DNA from: Myxococcota bacterium
Lineage (GTDB): Bacteria; Myxococcota; JACRCW01
Direction of reading: 5' to 3'
Length of the DNA: 17,222 nucleotides
Assembly: GCA_040752415.1 (NCBI GenBank)
Contig: JBFMGU010000224.1
Span: forward strand, 1-17,222
This document shows, piece by piece, positions 8,746 to 15,295 of the stretch. Under the pieces are notes generated by a model. It had not been told where the DNA came from. It searched no databases and saw only the letters and a program-made list of their open reading frames with translations. Made by a program: the position numbers and the translations under genes. The first letter of the stretch is position 1; each line of letters opens with the position of its first letter.

Positions 8746-11511
8746 ATGCTCAACGTTCGCACTCTGCACACCTTGGCAGTGACGGCACTCGCACTCTCGT
8801 TGTGGGCATGCCCGACGCAACAGACGGATGACCCCGAGGTGGAAGGCGGCGCCTCGGAAGGCTCCCCGTGCGTGGCGGACACCGACTGCGACGGCATGCT
8901 GTGCATTGGCGGGACGTGCCAGCGACAGGGAGCGAGCACGTCGTCGGGAGGCTCGTCGGGGAACGCGTCCGGGTCGGGCGGGTCCAACACCTCCAGCACC
9001 AGCGGAGGCGGCGGGGACGCTGGCCCCACCGACGCGTACGTGCCCGCGGGATTCATCGAGCTGGACCCCGCCGAGGGACCGCTGGAATTCGGCGCCACAC
9101 GCGTGGGCGCTTCCGTCACGCTGAACGTCCTCGTCACCAACACCGGCAATGCCCCCGCCAGCCTCATCAGCCTGGCCTTCCGCAACAACCCCAGCGGCGA
9201 GTTCACGCTCAGCGTGGTGGGCGGGCAGCCCGCGGTGCTCAACCCCAATGAGCAGATCACCGTCCGCATCACCCACGCCGCCACCGACGCCGCCGCCGAC
9301 CACGCGTTCCTCAGTGTGGTGACCAATGCATCCAATCCGCTCGTCGAGCTGGAGCTGGTGGCGGAGTTCAAGGGTGACCCGGCCCTCTCCATCACGCAGA
9401 CTCCCGACGACACCACCGAGGTGACGACGTGGGCGCTGGATCCCACGCCGGTGGGCACCCCGGTGACGGGTCACCTCTACGTCAAGAACGTGGGCCAGGC
9501 GGACAGCGCGCTCACCATCTCCAGCGTCACGCTGGACCCTCCGGCCTCCGCGCTGTTCAGCGTCGCGGCGGGCCCGTTGCCGCGTGCCATCAGCTCGTGG
9601 TCGGGGTTGTGCGTGGACCTGGGCGGCTGCGACCCCACCGCCACCGAGTGCACCAACGGGCTGTGCCTGGGCAGCGGCTCGGGGGGAACGCTGTATCCGC
9701 GGGACGTCGTCGACGTGGCGCTGACCTTCAACGCGGGCGCCGGTGGCGAGGCCACCACGGAGGTGGTCATCGTCGCCGACGTTGCGGGCACGCCCACCAC
9801 GCGTCGCATCCCGGTGGCGGCGTTGGCGCAGGATTCCCGCCTCAACGTCAGCCCCAATCCCATTGCGTTTGGCAACGTCTTCGTCGGGCGCGACAAGACC
9901 CTGCAGGTCACGTTGGAAAACCCCGCCGACGCCACCAGCGTCCTCAACATCACCGACATTGGCATCCGCTTCACACCGAGCCCGTACGAGGTGCAGCTGG
10001 GTGGCGTGAGCTTCCCGTACCCGCTGACGCCGGGGAGCAGCGTGGTGGTGGCCGTGAAGTTCTCGCCGCAGAACCCGGGCAACTTCGGAAACAGCCTGGC
10101 CATCTCGCGTGAGGGCGGCCTGCCCATCTACGTGCCCATCACCGGCGTGGGCGCCAATGAGCCGGATGCCGACGTGCCCGCCAGCCTGGACTTCGGCGGC
10201 GTGGTGCCCGGCACCTCCAAGACGCTGCCGCTCACCATCGGCAACGTGGGGCTGGGGCCGCTCATCACGTCGCAGGCGGAGGTGACGCCCTCCGGGACGC
10301 CGTTCACGTTCACCCCCGCCACCATCCCCGACGTGGATGCCAACTCCAGCACCCTTGTGCAGGTGACCTACGCGCCTCCGCTCGAGGGCGTCACCGACGT
10401 GGCCACGCTGCTTCTGCAGACCAACGACCCCAATCAGCCGGTCATCCAGGTGCAGCTCTCCGGGCAGGGCGTCATCCCCGCCGCCGAGGTGACGCCGTCG
10501 GGGTTGGACTTTGGCAGCGTGCTGGTGGGCACGGCCAATCCCCCCACGCAGAACATCACCGTGCGCAACACCGGCATGGGGTACCTCAACGTCAACAGCC
10601 CGCTGCGCGTGGTGAACGCGGGTGGCGCGAACATCCCGGAATACACGGTGACGGCGTCACGCACGCTGCCTGCCGACGTGGCCAGCGGGGACGCCATGAC
10701 GCTCACGGTGCGCTTCGCGCCCAGCGCCGCCACGTCCTACAGCGGCAACCTCACCATCACCACCAACGACCCGAACCGCCCGGAGATCACCGTGCCCGTC
10801 ACCGGCAGCGGGAACAACTGCACGCCGCTGCCCAACACCAGTGTCACCGTCGTGAATGGCACGCAGTGCGCGTATCAGTGCGTCCCGGACGCGGTGCAGT
10901 GCGCGGACCAGAGCTGCGTGATTTGCCCGCAGCGCCACGGTGCCACGCCCTCGTGCACGTCGGGGAATGCGTGCCAGTACACCTGCCCCGCCAACAGCGG
11001 TGAGCCGATTGATCCGCCCGGCACGTGCAACAGCGGCACGGCGTACAACCTGGGCAACATCCAGGACGGCAGCACGCAGACCACCAGCAACTTCCGCGTC
11101 TACCCCGGCGGCGACAACGACTGGTTCAAGTTCGTGGCCGCGGACCGTCTGGGTGGCTTCTACGAGGGTGTCCCGTTCCGCGCCTTGCAGGTCTTTGTGC
11201 GGCTCTCCGGCGTGCCGCAGGGCGAGCAGCTGGCGGTCGAGCTGGTGCAGAACACCTGCGGCGGCGGTGGCACGCCGGTGGTGGTGGGCGCGGGACAGAC
11301 GGGAGAGGTGGAGAGTCCCCAATGGTGTGACACGTACAGCGTCAATGACAACGGCACACCGGACAACCCCGACGACGACTACACCGAGCCCATCGACGAC
11401 AGCCGCACGTTCTACGTGCACGTGTACCCGATTGGGGACAGCTACGCGTGCAACAGCTACACGCTGACGGTGGAAGTGGAAGAGCCGTTCTTCAGCGCGT
11501 TCTGCTTCTGA
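8746..11511 (+). CDS. Lipoprotein with five ASH/choice-of-anchor-D (Hydin-like Ig) domains, Cys-rich modules and a C-terminal PPC-like domain (921 aa)
   Basis: Signal MLNVRTLHTLAVTALALSLWA-C; repeated LxFGxVxVG...V/IxNxG motif (LEFGATRVG..VTNTG, IAFGNVFVG, LDFGGVVPG..IGNVG, LDFGSVLVG..VRNTG), two of them ending in TNDPNxP; C-terminal GDNDWFKF...FYVHVY...YTLTV resembles the bacterial pre-peptidase C-terminal domain. Confidence 0.88.
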   Translation: MLNVRTLHTLAVTALALSLWACPTQQTDDPEVEGGASEGSPCVADTDCDGMLCIGGTCQRQGASTSSGGSSGNASGSGGSNTSSTSGGGGDAGPTDAYVPAGFIELDPAEGPLEFGATRVGASVTLNVLVTNTGNAPASLISLAFRNNPSGEFTLSVVGGQPAVLNPNEQITVRITHAATDAAADHAFLSVVTNASNPLVELELVAEFKGDPALSITQTPDDTTEVTTWALDPTPVGTPVTGHLYVKNVGQADSALTISSVTLDPPASALFSVAAGPLPRAISSWSGLCVDLGGCDPTATECTNGLCLGSGSGGTLYPRDVVDVALTFNAGAGGEATTEVVIVADVAGTPTTRRIPVAALAQDSRLNVSPNPIAFGNVFVGRDKTLQVTLENPADATSVLNITDIGIRFTPSPYEVQLGGVSFPYPLTPGSSVVVAVKFSPQNPGNFGNSLAISREGGLPIYVPITGVGANEPDADVPASLDFGGVVPGTSKTLPLTIGNVGLGPLITSQAEVTPSGTPFTFTPATIPDVDANSSTLVQVTYAPPLEGVTDVATLLLQTNDPNQPVIQVQLSGQGVIPAAEVTPSGLDFGSVLVGTANPPTQNITVRNTGMGYLNVNSPLRVVNAGGANIPEYTVTASRTLPADVASGDAMTLTVRFAPSAATSYSGNLTITTNDPNRPEITVPVTGSGNNCTPLPNTSVTVVNGTQCAYQCVPDAVQCADQSCVICPQRHGATPSCTSGNACQYTCPANSGEPIDPPGTCNSGTAYNLGNIQDGSTQTTSNFRVYPGGDNDWFKFVAADRLGGFYEGVPFRALQVFVRLSGVPQGEQLAVELVQNTCGGGGTPVVVGAGQTGEVESPQWCDTYSVNDNGTPDNPDDDYTEPIDDSRTFYVHVYPIGDSYACNSYTLTVEVEEPFFSAFCF

Positions 11512-11548
11512 GCGGACGGCAGTACGAAGGAAAGCGTTTTTTTGTCGC

Positions 11549-11775
11549 CCTTCCGTCGTCGACGCTGCGGGCGCCAGCCCTTTGGGAGTGCGGTCTGAAA
11601 TACCGCTTTGGTTCGGCTCCGTCGTCGATTGGATGCACCACGGGAGTTGCGTGGCAACGCACACGTCGTGGGCGGGCGTCAGCGGGGAGAAGCGCTCCAC
11701 CGAGGAACCGAACCAAAGCGGTATTTCAGACCGCACTCCCAAAGGGCTGGCGCCCGCTGCGTCGACGACGGAAGG
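11549..11775. repeat. REPIN/BIME-like doublet: 72-bp inverted repeats (11549-11620 and 11704-11775) around an 83-bp spacer
   Basis: The arms are reverse complements with only 2 mismatches in 72 bp; each contains the GGAGTGCGGT-CTGAAAT-ACCGCTTTGG palindrome also present at 16-48; located between convergent genes. Confidence 0.9.
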
Positions 11776-11869
11776 ACTGCGCGCACCGCCCCATTGAAGT
11801 GCCGCTCTCGCTCGGACCAGCGCCGCGCATCCTGCCAGACCAACGGCTCGGCAGGAACGGGAACGCCGC

Positions 11870-12841
11870 TCAGTACTCGTACAGGTCCTTCGCCACCTTC
11901 ACCACGTCGTCAACCTGGGGGAGGAAGAACTTCTCCAGGCTGGGCGCGTAGGGCACCGGCGTGTCCGGCGCGGTGATGCGACGCAGCGGCGCATCCAGGT
12001 GCTCAAAGCATTCCTCGTTGATGATGGCCATGATCTCGCCCGCGGGACCGCCGGTGCGCGTGGCCTCGTGCAGGATGAGCACCTTGTTGGTCTTCTTCAC
12101 CGTCGCCACGATGGCCTCGCGGTCCATGGGCAGCAGCGTGCGCAGGTCCACCACCTCCACGTTGATACCGTCGGCGGCCAGCTTCTCCGCCGCGTCCAAC
12201 GCCACGTACACCATGGCGCCGTAGGTGATGACGCTGAGGTCGGTGCCCTCTCGCGCCACGCGCGCCTTGCCAATGGGCGTCAGCTCCTCCGTCACCTCGC
12301 CCTTGATGCGACGGTAGAGGAACTTGTGCTCCAGGTAGATGACCGGGTCGTCGTCCTGGATGGAGGCGCGGATGAGACCGTACGCGTCCTGCGCGGTGGC
12401 GGGCGCCACGATCTTCAGCCCCGGGATGTTCATGTAACAGGCCTCCGGGTTCTGCGAATGGTACGGCCCACCGCTCACGCCGCCACCACACGGCCCGCGA
12501 ATGACGATGGGAATGCCCACGCCCCAACGGTACCGGCTCTTGGCCGCGTAGTTGACGATGATGTCGTGCGCGCAGCCCATGAAGTCGATGAACTGCATCT
12601 CCGCCACCGGCCGCATGCCCGTGATCGCGGCGCCAATGGCCGCGCCCACAATCGCGCTCTCGCTGATGGGCGTGTCGACGATGCGGTCCGGACCGAACTC
12701 ATCCAGGAACCCCTTGGTCACGCGGAACGCGCCACCGTAGGTGCCAATGTCCTCACCCAGCATGAACACGCGCGGGTCCCGCACCATCTCCTCGTGCAGT
12801 CCCTTGGTGAGCGCCTCGATATAGGTCATCTGCGCCATCAT
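11870..12841 (-). CDS. 2-oxoacid (branched-chain/pyruvate) dehydrogenase E1 beta subunit
   Basis: GEDIG..GGAFRVTKG, DTPISESAIVG, VAEMQFIDF, GGPYHSQ, EHKFLY, EVVDLRTLLP, LDAP..DTPVPY motifs. TGATGATG junction with the upstream gene; GGAG spacing favours the second ATG (12838) as the start. Confidence 0.95.
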   Translation of the reverse strand: MMAQMTYIEALTKGLHEEMVRDPRVFMLGEDIGTYGGAFRVTKGFLDEFGPDRIVDTPISESAIVGAAIGAAITGMRPVAEMQFIDFMGCAHDIIVNYAAKSRYRWGVGIPIVIRGPCGGGVSGGPYHSQNPEACYMNIPGLKIVAPATAQDAYGLIRASIQDDDPVIYLEHKFLYRRIKGEVTEELTPIGKARVAREGTDLSVITYGAMVYVALDAAEKLAADGINVEVVDLRTLLPMDREAIVATVKKTNKVLILHEATRTGGPAGEIMAIINEECFEHLDAPLRRITAPDTPVPYAPSLEKFFLPQVDDVVKVAKDLYEY

Positions 12842-13938
12842 CAGCTCCGAATCCGGTAGTGCACCCCGGTCCTGGCATCACCCGTCAATTCCATCGCCGC
12901 GTACACGTCGGTCAGTCCGTCGACACCGGTGGCCGGCGCGCGCTTGACCGCTTCCTGCACGGCGTCACGCCACTCCGTCTCCACGCGCTCCTCCACCGCC
13001 TTCAAGCCGTTCTCGTCGAGGATGCCCAGCTCCGCCAGCCGGTGCTCCAGTCGGCACAGCACGTCCTCGTCGGACCGGCGACACCGACGCACGCGCTCCG
13101 CGTAGTCGTCGACCTCGTCGGTGGTGTGGCCGCCGGCGCGGATGGTCTTGCATTCCACCAGCGTTCCCCCGCCACCCGAGCGCGCGCGCTCAAAGGCCCG
13201 CTGGCACGCCAGGTACACCGCTTCCACGTCGCAGCCGTCCACGCTCTCGAACGGGACCCCATACGCCTCCGCGCGCGTGGCCAGGTCTGGGAGGAGGCAG
13301 TCCAGCTCCGTGGCGGTGCCGCCGGCAAAGCCGTTGTTGTTGCACAGCATGACGTAGGGCAGTCCCTGCGCCGCCACCAGGTTGATGGCCTCGTGCCAGG
13401 TGCCGGTGTTCATGACGCCGTCACCAAAGAACCCCAGCGCCACCTGCTTCTGCTTGCGCACGCGGAAGGACAGCGCAATGCCCGCGCCCACCGCGAAGTT
13501 GTCGGCGGTGGGACCGAGCGGCGGCGTGGTGTGGAGCGCCAGGCTGCCCAGGTGCGTATGCCCCGTGCGTCCGCGGCTGGGTGACTGCGCCGCACCCTGG
13601 AACTGCGCCACCACGTCGACGAGCGGCAGGCCCCGCATCAGGTGCGCGCCCAGCTCACGCTGCGTGGGACAGATCCAGTCATCCTTGGCGGTGTGGATCA
13701 CCGAACCCACCACCGCCCCTTCCTGTCCCAGCGCGGCGTGCAGCGGCCCCACCAGCTTCCCCTGCGCAATCCCTTCCGCCAGGTGCTGCTCGACGAGGCG
13801 CGTGCGCACCAGCGCGGCGTGCATGGCCCGCAGCTGCTCCACCGGCACCTGGCTGGGCGTCACGTCGGGAGCACGACCATTCCTGGCCTTGCGCGCACGC
13901 CCCGCGGACTCCGTGATGCTTTCCTTGCTCTTGGCCAT
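12841..13938 (-). CDS. TPP-dependent 2-oxoacid dehydrogenase E1 alpha subunit (second, more diverged copy)
   Basis: LGQEG, PTQRELG, TPP-binding GDG...HEAINL...NNNGFA, VDGCDVEAV, LVECKTIRAGGH; stop codon abuts the beta gene. Confidence 0.9.
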   Translation of the reverse strand: MAKSKESITESAGRARKARNGRAPDVTPSQVPVEQLRAMHAALVRTRLVEQHLAEGIAQGKLVGPLHAALGQEGAVVGSVIHTAKDDWICPTQRELGAHLMRGLPLVDVVAQFQGAAQSPSRGRTGHTHLGSLALHTTPPLGPTADNFAVGAGIALSFRVRKQKQVALGFFGDGVMNTGTWHEAINLVAAQGLPYVMLCNNNGFAGGTATELDCLLPDLATRAEAYGVPFESVDGCDVEAVYLACQRAFERARSGGGGTLVECKTIRAGGHTTDEVDDYAERVRRCRRSDEDVLCRLEHRLAELGILDENGLKAVEERVETEWRDAVQEAVKRAPATGVDGLTDVYAAMELTGDARTGVHYRIRS

Positions 13939-13947
13939 GGGCTCGCC

Positions 13948-14967
13948 TCACATCGGGGGGACGGCGGGACGCTTCTCGCCGGCGTAGACACCGCCCATGG
14001 CGCTCTCGCCACGCGGCTGGGGAACGGTGAGCGCGCGGTCCACGCACTCGGTGAGCAGGTCCTCGATCTTCGCGCGCATCGCCTCGCGCTCGGCGCGGCT
14101 GGGGGCGCCGGGGGTGGCGTCGCAGGTCTGCTCGAAGCGCAGCAAGGGGTCCCGCTGCTTCCACTCCTCGAAGAGCGCGGGCGGGACGTAGCCGGCGTCA
14201 TCATGTTCGGCGTGACCGCGCATGCGGAAGGTCACGGCTTCCAGCACCACCGGGCCCTTCCCCTCCCGGCACAACGCCGCCGCACGACGGGTGGCGCGCA
14301 CCGCCTCCAGCACGTCGTTCCCGTCGAAGCGGATGCCGGTGACGCCGTACGCCTTGGCCTTGAGCACGAACTCCTTGATGGGCGTCTCGCGCTGGTTGGG
14401 CGTGCTGTACGCGTAGCCGTTGTTCTCGATGACGCAGATGAACGGCAGGCGCTTCACGGCCGCCAGGTTCATGGCCTCGTGGAAGTAGCCGTTGGTCTGG
14501 CCGCCGTCGCCAATGTACGTGAGCGCCACCGCGTCCTGGCCGCGCATCTTGATGCTCATGGCCACGCCGGACATCACCGTCATCAGCGCGCCGAGCATGG
14601 AGGTGCAGCACACCAGGCCCTTGCTGAGGTCACCAAAGTGCGTGTTGACGTCGCGGCCCATGGTGGGTCCGGTGGCCTTGGCACAGTACTGCGCCATGAT
14701 GGCCTCCGGGCTGATGCCGCGGACCATGAACACGCCCAGGTTGCGGATCATGGGTCCCACGTAGTCGCTGGGACGGAGCGCATAGGCCGTGCCCACGCTG
14801 CACGCCTCCTGCCCCAGCGAGCGGTACAACCCGCCGACGATCTGGCCCTGCCGGTACAGGCGCGTGAGCCGCTCCTCGAGGAGACGGTTGAGGTTCATGA
14901 AGTAGTAGAGGTCCGCCAGCTCCTCCGGCGTGAACTCCACGGTGGTCTCAGGGGCGGGTTTCACCAC
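13948..14967 (-). CDS. TPP-dependent 2-oxoacid dehydrogenase E1 alpha subunit (canonical copy)
   Basis: GTG start with AAGGAG RBS 7 nt upstream; LYRQG, LGQEA, GDGG...HEAMNLA...ENNGYAYSTP, DGNDVL, FRMRGHAEHDD..Y...W..RDPL. Confidence 0.95.
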   Translation of the reverse strand: MVKPAPETTVEFTPEELADLYYFMNLNRLLEERLTRLYRQGQIVGGLYRSLGQEACSVGTAYALRPSDYVGPMIRNLGVFMVRGISPEAIMAQYCAKATGPTMGRDVNTHFGDLSKGLVCCTSMLGALMTVMSGVAMSIKMRGQDAVALTYIGDGGQTNGYFHEAMNLAAVKRLPFICVIENNGYAYSTPNQRETPIKEFVLKAKAYGVTGIRFDGNDVLEAVRATRRAAALCREGKGPVVLEAVTFRMRGHAEHDDAGYVPPALFEEWKQRDPLLRFEQTCDATPGAPSRAEREAMRAKIEDLLTECVDRALTVPQPRGESAMGGVYAGEKRPAVPPM

Positions 14968-15019
14968 GGGGCAGCTCCTTCCCGAGGGGCGAGGGTCCTA
15001 GGGCACCCCGGGTCCCGCC

Positions 15020-15034
15020 GCAAGGGCCTGGCCA
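15020..15034 (-). promoter_or_regulatory. Candidate sigma-54 -24/-12 promoter for the E1 operon
   Basis: The minus strand reads TGGCCAGGCCCTTGC (TGGC-N7-TTGC), ~50 nt upstream of the GTG start. Confidence 0.35.
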
Positions 15035-15114
15035 CGGGCATGCCCGCGCAGATGCTGCGGAATGACACCATGGGCGCCAATGGCCGCGCCGGAGCGGATC
15101 GTTAGGATTCCGAC

Positions 15115-15120
15115 GAGGAG
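15115..15120 (+). promoter_or_regulatory. Ribosome-binding site for the Pup-like ORF
   Basis: GAGGAG 8 nt upstream of the ATG at 15129. Confidence 0.7.
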
Positions 15121-15128
15121 ATAGGGCC

Positions 15129-15287
15129 ATGAACGTCCATCACGCTCCCAATGCGCCGCAGTCCCGCACCAGCACGTCCCAGGAAGAGCAGGACCTGGCC
15201 GCGCTCCTCAAGGAGATGGCGGACGACGCCCGTCACGCCGCGGCGGAGTACCTGGAGGACAGTCTGGTCCGTGAAGGCGGAGAATAA
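15129..15287 (+). CDS. pup: Pup/UBact-like prokaryotic ubiquitin-like protein (52 aa, C-terminal GGE); absent from the supplied ORF track
   Basis: Hand translation: MNVHHAPNAPQSRTSTSQEEQDLAALLKEMADDARHAAAEYLEDSLVREGGE*. Strong RBS, polar disorder-prone N-terminus, acidic helix-prone C-terminal half, terminal GGE, and 8 nt upstream of a PafA-family gene. Confidence 0.85.
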   Translation: MNVHHAPNAPQSRTSTSQEEQDLAALLKEMADDARHAAAEYLEDSLVREGGE

Positions 15288-15295
15288 GCCGTCCC

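Noticed and set aside
11448..11976. Short ORFs across the inverted repeat (e.g. MGVRSEIPLWFGS on both strands)
   Set aside because: The matching peptides arise simply from the inverted repeat arms; there is no independent evidence of coding.
12841..13938. Second E1 alpha as a pseudogene
   Set aside because: Full-length open frame, intact GDG...NN motif and tight coupling to both neighbours.
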